From: an uncultured Candidatus Micrarchaeota archaeon | GTDB taxonomy: Archaea > Micrarchaeota > Micrarchaeia > Anstonellales > Anstonellaceae | Length of the DNA stretch: 41,305 bases | NCBI GenBank assembly: GCA_903923795.1 | Contig: CAIXYX010000140.1 | Span: 1-41,305 of the forward strand | Direction: 5' to 3' | Part shown: piece after piece, positions 10,501 to 19,900 of the stretch | Numbering within the stretch: position 1 is the stretch's first letter | How the letters are laid out: every line of letters begins with the position of its first letter | Position numbers and translations under genes: made by a program | The notes under the pieces: model-generated | What the model was told of the DNA's origin: nothing | Seen by the model: the letters and a program-made list of their open reading frames with translations, nothing else | The model's database searches: none

Positions 10501-11943
10501 ATCAAAAGCAGATTCGCCGATGTGACTGCGCCTGCCACGAAGATATATGCAGAGGTCGATGGAGATTTGCTCATGCAGGCATTTGATAATGTGCTCGGCA
10601 ACGCGGATAAATACAAGGCGGCGGGCACGAAAGTCAAGGTGGATGTGCTCGAGCGGGATGGCCTGATTCACATACAGGTATCGAACAGGGTGGAGGCGGG
10701 CGGGGGCATAACAAATGAGATGTGGAACCGAGCGTTGCGGGGGGAGTCCAACGACAATGCGACCCCGAACTCGACAGGGGTGGGCATACTGGGGAGCATC
10801 GCAGTCATAGATGGATTCGACGGGCGCATAAATCTCGTTGACGGCGGCAGGGAGAGCGGAACCACCACAATTGAAATCACGGTGCCAAGCAACGAGGAGG
10901 CGGGAGGGAATCTGATGAATTCTGGCCCGACTTCCGGGACCTCGCAGAGCCTGTCCATGCAAAACGCCCTCTCTGATGTCGGGTACACATCCGCAGAAAG
11001 CCAAAGACTGGCGCAGGCTAATATGCAGAGATATCTGGATGACTTCTATCCAGGTGTGAAGATAGAGGACGTGCAGTTCCTGGACTTCGGCGGAGTCAAC
11101 GACGTATATGCCCTGAGATACAAAGACGAGACTCTCGGGCTCATCAAGGGGAGCAGCCTGGTGGCAGATAAATTCATGCTGGATTTGTATCGCAGGATGG
11201 GGTTCGACCAGGGATACTCGATAATGCGCTATGGGAATATCGATATCATGCAGTTTGCGGAAGGCACAAGCCTCTCCGCATGCATACGCGGCGGGCATAT
11301 CCGCTCGGTGCGCACCGGCGATGATGGCAAGCTGATTAGGGAGGATGTCCCGCTTGACGAGAGGATCATGTCCGAGCTGGCATATGAGTACGGGAGGCAG
11401 ATGGCGGTGCACGAAGCATTCTCGCTTCATGACCCCCATGGAGACAATTTTCGGGCAGTCATGATAGACGGCAAAGCCAAAATCATCCGTATAGATATGG
11501 AAGGTGCTACGATCGGAGGGATGGTGTCTGAGGATTATGTCGACGCATTCTCGGACACGCATGCGTGGACCAGCCCTGACGGCCAGTATTACGCCCAGCT
11601 AAAAGCCGGCTTTGAGGCGCAGGCCCAGCTCATCTACGATAATAGGGCCGAGCTGATTCAAAGGCTCGGAGAGGTTGAGTCGGAACTTGGTTCTGATAAG
11701 ACGCTTCCGCATCAGATAGAAGGAATCTCCCAGGCCACAATCGGCACCAGCTTCCCGACCACGATTGCGCGCCTCGCGCGGACACCGCAGATGGCATGGG
11801 AAAGTTTCTTAAAAGAGGGGAAGACGGGGGAGAGCAATGAATACGTTCAACCCGACTTCGACGAGGAGGCGTATCGCTATTATCAGACAATGCATCCGGA
11901 TTGGACCCACGAGCAGATAATGAGGGAGATGGAAGAGGAATGA
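7546..11943 (+). CDS. 1465-aa multidomain protein: helical N-terminus, Gly/Ala-rich membrane region, HisKA/HATPase_c-like core, C-terminal PI3K/HipA-like kinase domain
   Basis: Membrane region ~8550-8960 includes AIPLVGRAGR. H-box-like FHHLKNDIDHPL (~10008); N-box LLMQAFDNVLGNADKY (~10567); G-boxes GGGI and STGVGI; TTIEITVP. Then GGVNDVY, LIKG, DPHGDN (11431) and IDME (11491). Confidence 0.75.
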   Translation: MADLKAPKRILQSDSQNSLPVTTMEENPQLIDLLHNPSKAYDHFTELKEAVASSTAVHPNYLKVVPSMNNDKNVKSGEVKNTQAKKETSLNCNQAMQKIDQFYSLYASELDSIEYGKSLQNVQDTWTSGTNSQKEGLSSSGAQMDNLDPFKTQSTPTQLAESFDGYSKYSKANIEKKVAEFTTEDEKKNYVLNLLSEMAGVEGVVRSMRAEKYMAGAYDFGKDSKEEVRRNLAAWLIGTHATAESMAGELEKSKNAKNPNSVYHDAWLLLYAKSDRASVAWGAKSLYDALGDNWENLGRDERSIDKVIDMCKDIQKTQGRVMEDLAHQENVEINGWTLAFVSEHGQAIVDVGVAATSALLLQPELSMYYFGFRGAGMAVEGAVEGDWGKAFTGTMMAIPLVGRAGRVLAPSSKMMKWGTSVAGATSATAFTGMMAYDSTKLLYEASHTYFTLSDYVGIAQNAAFVAGIQMTEKMLTGTKKVMAQRKRAAAKQADKNDKTVKTKKPVQAYAEAKDAPETKSIYSAKDYMADPYSGARFRKLYSAVENVVPGIIEKDPGTALYLNIIAKSFSDRGVNALLSEMNKIKWLDGKRGKLKMASPEEQKDGLWKLLLDSEHLEDIQKRGGENPYPVDKLYSFPANMLDPIIWFGKKIGAAAKKTAKKMKKKAKQTAPVAEQPTQEKRVEISKLPYANEETAGIPKALQPDEVKKPFIGLKETKPLLRQAMLDNPNKDVKDMVNEHWADTEGLLNMMWNVWDRKMVDDYADYIRKCTTAGEVAEHGWALIEQFENRSRRTMIRTKTKTGVADGGENALAQLSDKRKVLFHHLKNDIDHPLVICELARGRLEKNGFSKEAQAIKEYEDKLRLISRGEGKAGGQMGATDYYKQMISSDATNGTLAANGQMVIDLSVEAEKVFGEAYQVLKKMNENGPTKGLLSGSLEDVEPRKIMDEHGAETKIPGWFERISKNRQEVINPSEMDIKTEDIGSLIKSRFADVTAPATKIYAEVDGDLLMQAFDNVLGNADKYKAAGTKVKVDVLERDGLIHIQVSNRVEAGGGITNEMWNRALRGESNDNATPNSTGVGILGSIAVIDGFDGRINLVDGGRESGTTTIEITVPSNEEAGGNLMNSGPTSGTSQSLSMQNALSDVGYTSAESQRLAQANMQRYLDDFYPGVKIEDVQFLDFGGVNDVYALRYKDETLGLIKGSSLVADKFMLDLYRRMGFDQGYSIMRYGNIDIMQFAEGTSLSACIRGGHIRSVRTGDDGKLIREDVPLDERIMSELAYEYGRQMAVHEAFSLHDPHGDNFRAVMIDGKAKIIRIDMEGATIGGMVSEDYVDAFSDTHAWTSPDGQYYAQLKAGFEAQAQLIYDNRAELIQRLGEVESELGSDKTLPHQIEGISQATIGTSFPTTIARLARTPQMAWESFLKEGKTGESNEYVQPDFDEEAYRYYQTMHPDWTHEQIMREMEEE

Positions 11944-12035
11944 CGATGAGAGATGACTGGAGGAGACGAAAATGACGAGTGATGCAAAAGCAGCAGCATG
12001 TCGGTATTAAATAATCAAAAAACACAGGTGTGCGC

Positions 12036-12692
12036 ATGAAGAAAAACACAGTCAGCGTCGATCGGCTGCGCAGGTTCGGCGACGAGACGCAAGGCATAGG
12101 CTCGAGGCTGAGCGTATTGGCCAAAATAGGTCCGGCGAAGGAACTGATTGACAGGAGAGTTGACGGGAAGAGCCAGAGTATCGGAAGCGTGTGGGTCGAG
12201 GCAGGTGGCTGGATGAATCCGGACACCGTGAAAGAGGCACCGCAGATAGATGCCTCGCCAATGCTGAACACGCTGATGATGCTGGCCAGAAAGCACGGCA
12301 TAAGAGATGTTGGCTTTGGCAATACGGAGCGCATCATGCTCGGGGCATCCTCGCTCGAATTGCCGAAAAACGCGTTCGCTGGATTTGTTGTGTGGAACGC
12401 CACCAGACCCGAGAGCTTCCATGACGGGCTCGACGCTTTCCTCTCATATATCACGGACGCGACTCCGCAGACTTGGGCGCGGCGCCATGGCGCGAAGAAT
12501 TCGGCGCTGGCGATGTTCGCGGACGGCGTGGCGAATGATGGCGTGGCATTCTTCTCATCGGTGCCGGTGATGAGCGATGAGGCGCTGGCAGGGAAGTTCA
12601 AGACATTCTCGCTCCATCGAAAAGACATCGAGAATTTCGCGGCGGATGAGAAGACAGAGATTTGCGCGGCGGTGGCGAGAAATCAGGCGTGA
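12036..12692 (+). CDS. Hypothetical protein
   Basis: ATG preceded by AGGTG and TATTAAATA; globular composition; no recognised motif. Confidence 0.7.
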   Translation: MKKNTVSVDRLRRFGDETQGIGSRLSVLAKIGPAKELIDRRVDGKSQSIGSVWVEAGGWMNPDTVKEAPQIDASPMLNTLMMLARKHGIRDVGFGNTERIMLGASSLELPKNAFAGFVVWNATRPESFHDGLDAFLSYITDATPQTWARRHGAKNSALAMFADGVANDGVAFFSSVPVMSDEALAGKFKTFSLHRKDIENFAADEKTEICAAVARNQA

Positions 12693-12790
12693 CACCGGAT
12701 ACGACGCACATAGGTGTTCCGCTTCTTGGAAAAAAGTCCGCGCCCGCACGGCCAAGACCGTTTTAAACACTGCCGCGCTGCCATAGGCAT

Positions 12791-14896
12791 ATGGCCGCCC
12801 GACGAGGAAGAAATGGGGAAAAAACAAACCCGAAAGCGCACGCACCGGCCAGAAAGACGGCGCGCAATCCTGCTTTTGCAAATCAGAAGAAAACAGCCCA
12901 CGCGATAAAACCGCACCAGCGCATTGAGATGGCCGCCGAGTGGAATGCGCGCGCCATGGCACGGGGCGAATTCGAGAAAACCAAGCTCGGGTTCGACAGA
13001 GTCTCGCCGACGGCGGATTTGCCCGAGGGGCCGGCGCCTCTCATCTCCGTGATGCCGCCGCCTAATCCGGTTCCGCAAGCGCCTATCGGCGAGCCGAAGG
13101 CAGATTCTGCCAAGCGAATCGCGAATAGATGGTTCGCGCATAGGCCCGGCACATTGCAGATGGTTCTGGCGCTCACAGTCATGATCACTTTCGTCTTGTT
13201 CACATATCTTGACTGGTGGCCGGCAGTGATGGCGAATCCCCAGACAACGCAGCTGCCTTACTTCATTTTCCGAACGCTGATTCGGATGCTCTTGGCATAT
13301 GTGCTGGTGGTGGCATTCGCGCTGCCTGTCGGCATCATCGCGGGCCTGTATCGAAGACCAAGGCAAATAATCCTCCCGCTGCTCGACATCTTGCAGTCCA
13401 TACCAGTGTTGGGCTACCAGCCGGCAGCCATCGCGCTTTTCGTCGGAATGCTGCCCGCATTGGGCGCGGTGCAGTTCGGATATGAGATGGCCGCCATTTT
13501 CCTCATATTCACCGGCATGGCATGGGCAGTTGTCTTCTCGATAATCGGCGCGGTGCGAAACATCCCCGATGATTTGCGCATGGCATCGAACGCTTTCGGC
13601 ATCCGCGACTGGACGTATATGCGCCATGTGGTGCTGCCGTGCATTTTGCCCTCGTTCATAACGGGCTCTATTCTTGCATGGGGCGGGGGATGGTATTTCC
13701 TCGTGGCCGCCGAGATGATAACATATGGCGCGGCAACGCATTCGCTGCCCGGCCTTGGCACATATTTGGGAGATGCGATTTCGAAACAGGGCAATGTGCC
13801 GTCAGCCGTGTTCGGGCTCATAGTTTTTGTCGCGCTCATCTATTCCATCAACCAGATGGTGTGGAAGCCGTTGCAGGTGTGGGCGCGGCGCTATAGAACG
13901 CAGACCACGACGGGCTCGGCATTGGGGGAGGATACGGAGGTGTCGCACAGCATCGTGCTGACTGCGCTGCGAAACGGATTCGCAAGATTCGATGCCCGGG
14001 CCACGCCGTTCTTTTTGGCATGGTGGCGACGGGCCGTGCGCGCACGGAGATTGGGAGGATTGCTCACCCACGTGCCGAGAAAGAAAAGGCATGTGCCTGC
14101 GCCGCTGTATCGGCAGTGGGCGCTCTATCTCATCTTCTTTGGCGTTGTGGTGATGGGCCTCGCCTACTTCTTCTCGGCCGCTCTTGAGCAGCCGCTTATC
14201 GGCCTCCACGCATCGCTTGCGGCGCATCCGGAAGTTGAGAGCCTGCCGACTTTGGCATTCTACTCGTGGCTGCGAATCGGCATTGCGTATATTCTGGCGC
14301 TTGCGTGGACATTGTGCGCGGCAATCGCCATCACGCGCTCGAAAAAACTTTCGGAAGTTTTCTTTCCGCTCTTTGACATAGGCCAGTCCACGCCGGCATT
14401 GGCGCTCTTTCCGTTCATGGTGCTCATTGTCATCCGCCTGTTCGGCGGAGGCGGTTTCGCCGTGGAAGTCGTCTCGATACTTCTCCTCCTGACCGGCATG
14501 CAGTGGTATCTTCTCTTCAACATCATCGGCGCATTGAGGCAGATGCCGGGCGACATATTGGAGGCTTCGCGGGCTTTCAATATCAAGGGATGGGCGTATT
14601 ACAAGAACATCCTGCTGCCCGCCATATTCCCCGGAATTTTGCTGGGCTCCATTCAGGCGTGGGGCGGGGCGTGGAATGCGTCGATTGTGAGTGAGTTCGT
14701 CACTTTCGAGGGGCACCAGTATTCTGTGCAGGGCTTAGGCTCGTTTTTGACGCAGGCCACGCTGGCACCCTCCCCCGACCCGCGGATACTTGCGCTGGCT
14801 GTGGCGACGATGACGCTTGTCGTGCTTTTGATGAACACGCTTGTGTGGAAGCCCCTGTTCGCATATGCCGAGAGGTTCAGATTCCATCTGACATGA
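12791..14896 (+). CDS. NitT/TauT-family ABC transporter permease with two fused BPD_transp_1 domains
   Basis: Duplicated DILQSIPVL/DIGQSTPAL, IPDDL/MPGDIL and WGGGW/WGGAW motifs; Pro/basic N-terminal extension of about 110 aa. Confidence 0.92.
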   Translation: MAARRGRNGEKTNPKAHAPARKTARNPAFANQKKTAHAIKPHQRIEMAAEWNARAMARGEFEKTKLGFDRVSPTADLPEGPAPLISVMPPPNPVPQAPIGEPKADSAKRIANRWFAHRPGTLQMVLALTVMITFVLFTYLDWWPAVMANPQTTQLPYFIFRTLIRMLLAYVLVVAFALPVGIIAGLYRRPRQIILPLLDILQSIPVLGYQPAAIALFVGMLPALGAVQFGYEMAAIFLIFTGMAWAVVFSIIGAVRNIPDDLRMASNAFGIRDWTYMRHVVLPCILPSFITGSILAWGGGWYFLVAAEMITYGAATHSLPGLGTYLGDAISKQGNVPSAVFGLIVFVALIYSINQMVWKPLQVWARRYRTQTTTGSALGEDTEVSHSIVLTALRNGFARFDARATPFFLAWWRRAVRARRLGGLLTHVPRKKRHVPAPLYRQWALYLIFFGVVVMGLAYFFSAALEQPLIGLHASLAAHPEVESLPTLAFYSWLRIGIAYILALAWTLCAAIAITRSKKLSEVFFPLFDIGQSTPALALFPFMVLIVIRLFGGGGFAVEVVSILLLLTGMQWYLLFNIIGALRQMPGDILEASRAFNIKGWAYYKNILLPAIFPGILLGSIQAWGGAWNASIVSEFVTFEGHQYSVQGLGSFLTQATLAPSPDPRILALAVATMTLVVLLMNTLVWKPLFAYAERFRFHLT

Positions 14897-14955
14897 GGAT
14901 GGGATAATAAATTGTGTGAATGATTTGAGAAATCGACGATATTTGGAGAAACGCC

Positions 14956-15789
14956 ATGCGAATGCAACCCCGTATCTCGACACGCCCCCGCACACCGGAG
15001 GTCGAAGTGCGCCATGTGCGGCGCGAGTACTCCGAAGGCGGCAAGAGCGTGCTCGCGCTCGACGACTTGTCGTTTCATATAAACGAGCACGAATTCGTGT
15101 GCATCATAGGGCCGTCCGGCTGCGGCAAATCGACATTGCTGCGCCTCTTGGCGGGCCTCGAATTCCCCACCTCGGGCTCTGTGCTGTTCGGCGGCCGGCC
15201 GGTCACGGGCCCTAACCCGAAAAGTTCGGCGATGATTTTCCAGACGTTCGGCCTGCTGCCCTGGCGCACGGTCTATGAGAACATCGAGCTGGGCTTGCAG
15301 GGCATAGCGATGCCCGAGGACAGGAGGAAAGATGTCATAGACAAATATATCAAGCTCATGGACTTGGAGGATTTCACGGACGCCCACCCTGCCGAATTGT
15401 CGGGAGGGATGCGCCAGCGCGTGGGCATAGCCCGTGCGCTTGCCGTCGAGCCTCGGGTGCTTTTGATGGACGAGCCGTTCTCCATGCTTGATGCGCAGAC
15501 CGCCGAGGCGCTGCGGCGTGATGTTCTCGACATCTGGAACGACAAGAGGATGAAGACAAACACATTTGTCATGGTGACGCACCTCATAGAGGAGTCGGTG
15601 TTCATGGCAGACAGGATTATTGTGCTCTCGAAGAGGCCGGGGAGGCTTGTTGCGGATGTGCCGGTCGATGTTCCACGGCCCCGCGCGGAGCATGCGCGAG
15701 ACGCGGAATTCTTCGAGATGTGCGACATGCTCAAAAGGCTCATCACATACCATGGCGGCGCGGACACTGGAGGAATGGGAAAGGTATAG
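14956..15789 (+). CDS. NitT/TauT-family ABC transporter ATPase
   Basis: GPSGCGKST, LSGGMRQRV, LLMDEPFS, VTH. Confidence 0.95.
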   Translation: MRMQPRISTRPRTPEVEVRHVRREYSEGGKSVLALDDLSFHINEHEFVCIIGPSGCGKSTLLRLLAGLEFPTSGSVLFGGRPVTGPNPKSSAMIFQTFGLLPWRTVYENIELGLQGIAMPEDRRKDVIDKYIKLMDLEDFTDAHPAELSGGMRQRVGIARALAVEPRVLLMDEPFSMLDAQTAEALRRDVLDIWNDKRMKTNTFVMVTHLIEESVFMADRIIVLSKRPGRLVADVPVDVPRPRAEHARDAEFFEMCDMLKRLITYHGGADTGGMGKV

Positions 15790-15888
15790 TGAAGCGGAGA
15801 TTTGGGAAAGTGTGATGGGGGAATTTTGGAAGTGCGATGATAATGATATATTCTTCTTTGATGTAAATTTTCTATGGAGTCGATTGAT

Positions 15889-16848
15889 ATGACTGAGAAA
15901 AATTCCTCAAATGTTTATGATGTGCTCATCGTCGGCGCGGGCTGCGCGGGTTCTGGCGCGGCCATGTATGCCGCCCGCTTCGGGCTCAAGGTGCTTATGA
16001 TTGGCGAGATGCCGGGCGGCACCATCACCACCACGCACATCGTCGAGAATTATCCCGGATTTGAGAGCATAACCGGCATGGAATTAGGCGAGCGGCTGCT
16101 GCACCATGCACAAAGCTATGGGGTCGAGATGAAGATGGAGAAAGTCGTGAAGGTGGAGAAGAAAAATGAGTTATTCGCCACAACCACAGACTCGGATGCC
16201 ACATATCTCTCTCGCACCATTATCGCCGCCACCGGCGCCGAATGGAAGAAATTGGGCGCGCCGGGCGAGCGAGAGTTTGCGAACAAGGGAGTGCATTACT
16301 GCGCGCTTTGCGACGGCGGATTCTACAAAAATAAAGTGATTGCGGTCATAGGCTCGGGGGATTCGGCAGCAAAAGAGTCCCAACTATTGGCCGAGTACGG
16401 CTCGCGCGTGTATGTGTTTGTGCGCGGGCCTGCGCTTCATGGCGAGCCCATCAACAATGCGAGAGTGGCCAAGAATCCAAAGATTACGGTTTTCACAGAC
16501 GTGCAGGTTACGGAAATTTTGGGCAATGAGAAGAAGAGGGCGGGATTTTTGAAATTGACAAAACCCTGTGCGCCGGTTGGCGCTAAACCAACCGATAAAT
16601 TCCCCATCGACGCCGTTTTCGTGCTGATCGGGCACGCTCCGATTAGCCAATGGGCCGCCCCATTGGGCGTGGCACTGAACAAGAAAGGCGAGATTGTCAT
16701 AGATCGGGAGAGCCGGACCAATGTGCCCCACCTCTATGCGGCAGGAGATGTGACGAATGGCATATTCAAACAGGCCATTGTGGGCGTGTCGGAAGGGGTG
16801 TCGGCGGCGTATTCGGCATACACGGATTTGAAGAAGGGGGAAAAGTAG
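15889..16848 (+). CDS. trxB: Thioredoxin reductase
   Basis: GAGCAG FAD site, VENYPG, GVHYCALCDG (CxxC), GSGDSA, AAGDVT. Start 15874 or 15889. Confidence 0.92.
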   Translation: MTEKNSSNVYDVLIVGAGCAGSGAAMYAARFGLKVLMIGEMPGGTITTTHIVENYPGFESITGMELGERLLHHAQSYGVEMKMEKVVKVEKKNELFATTTDSDATYLSRTIIAATGAEWKKLGAPGEREFANKGVHYCALCDGGFYKNKVIAVIGSGDSAAKESQLLAEYGSRVYVFVRGPALHGEPINNARVAKNPKITVFTDVQVTEILGNEKKRAGFLKLTKPCAPVGAKPTDKFPIDAVFVLIGHAPISQWAAPLGVALNKKGEIVIDRESRTNVPHLYAAGDVTNGIFKQAIVGVSEGVSAAYSAYTDLKKGEK

Positions 16849-16943
16849 ATTTCGCCAAAAAACTCCGCCCGAAACCGATGACGGATGCCCCCTCGACTGG
16901 CCGGCGGCCCAATCTTTTTAAACACCCCAACCGTTAGGGGGCC

Positions 16944-19900
16944 ATGTTCACCCCGCGTCGTGGTTTGGCAGGCCGGCAGGAGAAGCCGTTCGAAGGAAAA
17001 GAAATGGGTCGGTCGTCGTCCGGGACCCGCGGGGCGCTTGCCATGCGCGCGCAGACAACTGTTGAATATATCGTGCTTTTCGCCGCCATCGCCGTTTTGG
17101 TGCTCGTTCTTGCAAACCTTTTGGGAGTGCTGCCCAAGAACTCCGGAATGCAGATAGAACAGTCGAAGGCATATTGGAGCAGTCAGGCTGGACCCATCAA
17201 AGTGAAGGACTGGTCGATGGCTACAATAAAACAGGACTCGCCGTTGGCTGCGGATGCCAACTTATCACTTGTGCTCTCTAATCCCACACGAGACACCATC
17301 ATTATCAAGGCCATCACGCTTGCGCCGGGCAATTTCAGCTCGGTTATGGATGCGTCAGGGAATTGGATGGGCACAAGCACATCTCTTTCCATTGTCCTGC
17401 TGCCGGGTGAGGAGAGGACTATTGTTGCGCTGCACCATGGAGTGGGGGCTGGCGCGTATATCCCGGCCGAATACTATTCGCAGATATTGACGCTCACATA
17501 CTCTACCGGACTTGGCACTTCGCGCGAGACGGGCGCATTGCCGCTTGTTGGCAGCAACAGGTATATTGTCGGGAGCGTTGGCGCCTGCCCGCCGCCGCTG
17601 ACCAGCTGTGGTGGCGGAGCGTGCGCAGAGGCTGGCCACTGTTGTGGAAGCGGTGCTTGCAATTCCCAGCAGACATGCTGCGGAGGGAGCACATGCTGCA
17701 ACAGCGGATCTGAGAGCTGCCAGAGCGGTTCGTGCGTGGCTGTTTCCGGCTGCAATGCGCCGAATTTCACATGCAATGGCATATGCTGCGATGCGGCTTC
17801 GTATAATCTGTGCCAGGGAGACACGCAGTGCGCATATTGTGACAGAGCAAAGACATGCGGCGAATATTGCTGCGGGGATTCGGAAACATGCGTGAATTCT
17901 GGTGCCGGAAGCTATGCTGGAGCATGCCAGATTGTTACACCTGCATGCACGGCCCCGAACACCACGTGCGGCACATGGTGCTGCGCACAGGGACAGACAT
18001 GCGTGAACAGCAGTGCGGCCACGTATGACGGAGCATGCCAGGCTGCGGCGACCTGCGTATCCCCGAACATCACATGCGGGGCTTGGTGCTGCGCGGACGG
18101 GCTAGGATGCATGAATGACACTGCCAGCACATATGAGGGGGCTTGCCAGGAAGCGATGTTCGAATGCCCTGAGCAGTACGACATTTGCGGGATATGGTGC
18201 TGCGAGCATGGAGACACATGCGATCCGGACGGATTGACATATGATCAGGCATGCCGAGTGGATAGAAACTGCACTTCCCCAAACTCGGTGAAATGCGGAA
18301 CCAACTGCTGCCTGGACAATCAGACATGCAATGAGACGACTCGGGTGTGCGTGGACACTAAATCTTGCTCAGACCCATCAGGGTGGAATTCGTATAATCA
18401 GACATGTGTAAATGACTGCGATGCCACGACGCAGTACTGTGATGGCACTAGTTGCCTGTGCGCCAATCGGAGTCTGATAGCCTGCAGCTCGAATTCGTCG
18501 GATTATGATGCGTCTACGATGACATGCATCGATGACTGTGATCATTCGACCCAATACTGCAATGGAGCTTGCCAGTGCGCCCCGAGCACGAATGTTCCAT
18601 GCAATTCCGGCATCGGAGTGTATGACTCGAGCAGGACGTGCTTGGACAACTGCGACGGCAATACTTATTGTGATGGCAATTGCTTGTGCCAGCCGCGCCC
18701 GGTAGTATACTGCAGCAACAGCCCGGATTTCAACGCGGGCACGAGGATATGCGCAGACGACTGCAACCGCAGCCTGTATTCTGGCTGCGCCGGAGATTGC
18801 ACGTGCATACCCCTTGACTTGACCAGATATTGCAACGCGCACGGAGTTTTCGATGGCGGCAGTCTGCAATGCCTGAGCAATTGCAGTGATTATGCAAATG
18901 CTTTCGGTTTTGATCCAAACACTCTGACGTGTATCGACAACTGCAATTCGGCGACCCAGTACTGCGACCCCAACACCTGCCTGTGCGACATCAAACAACC
19001 GGTGCAATGCGCGAATTTCGCCCGGCCATTTGACTTCAACAATCCCGGCACATACTGGAATAATATGACGATGAGCTGCCAGGATAATTGCGCAGTACTT
19101 GGTTCTGATGTGCAATGCGACGGCTCGAACTGCACCTGCTGCTATGCAGAAGGTCATCAGTGCGATATCACACCGAACTCGCCGCCGCCCGGCTGCTGTG
19201 GTGGACTGGTCTGCAATTCCTCAGGGATGTGCGCACCTGCGCCGCCAGTGATACTATGCTCGAACAGCTCGACTCCCTTGCTACCGGTTCCGGGAGATCC
19301 GGAATATTATGATAGATACTGCCAGGACGATGTCGCGCAGAAAGTTGGAACAGGATATGCATGCAACTTGAACGGCTGCAATTACTATCCGGTTTGCGGA
19401 TACAACACTACATACTGCGCAGAGGGAGCGTGCTGCTATGCAAACCAGAGCTGTGTGAATGGGGCGTGCGTGAACTCGTGCGCGGCTGGCACCACGTATT
19501 GCAATGATACGAACGGAAATTACGTTGGTTGCTGCGCCGCAGGCTCGGTGTGCAATTCGCTCAAGGGAATGTGCGTGGTGAATTCGACATGCTCGGGCGC
19601 GAATCTGTCATTGTGCGGCAATGCGTGCTGCAACCTCTCGAGTCAGGCATGCAGCGGCGGCGCCTGCATAAACTGCGCCGCCGGGATGGGCTCGTGCGGA
19701 AGCACATGCTGCGCTGCATCTGATTGCCGCACAGGCGGAGTTTGCTGCCCGAGCAGCAGATGGGTCAGTGCCACGAACACTTGCTGCGAGATAGGGAATG
19801 TGAGCTCGAATGGCCACTGCTGCCCGGCGAACCAGACATATGCCAACGGCGGATGCTGCCCGGCAGGGCAGATTTATTCAAATGGAGCATGCTGCGCGAT

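Noticed and set aside
8413-15753. Long antisense ORFs (8413-9390, 10258-11562, 11630-12628, 12683-13741, 13802-14716, 14653-15753)
   Set aside because: They shadow well-supported plus-strand genes, have no motifs and show atypical composition, as expected in GC-rich coding DNA.
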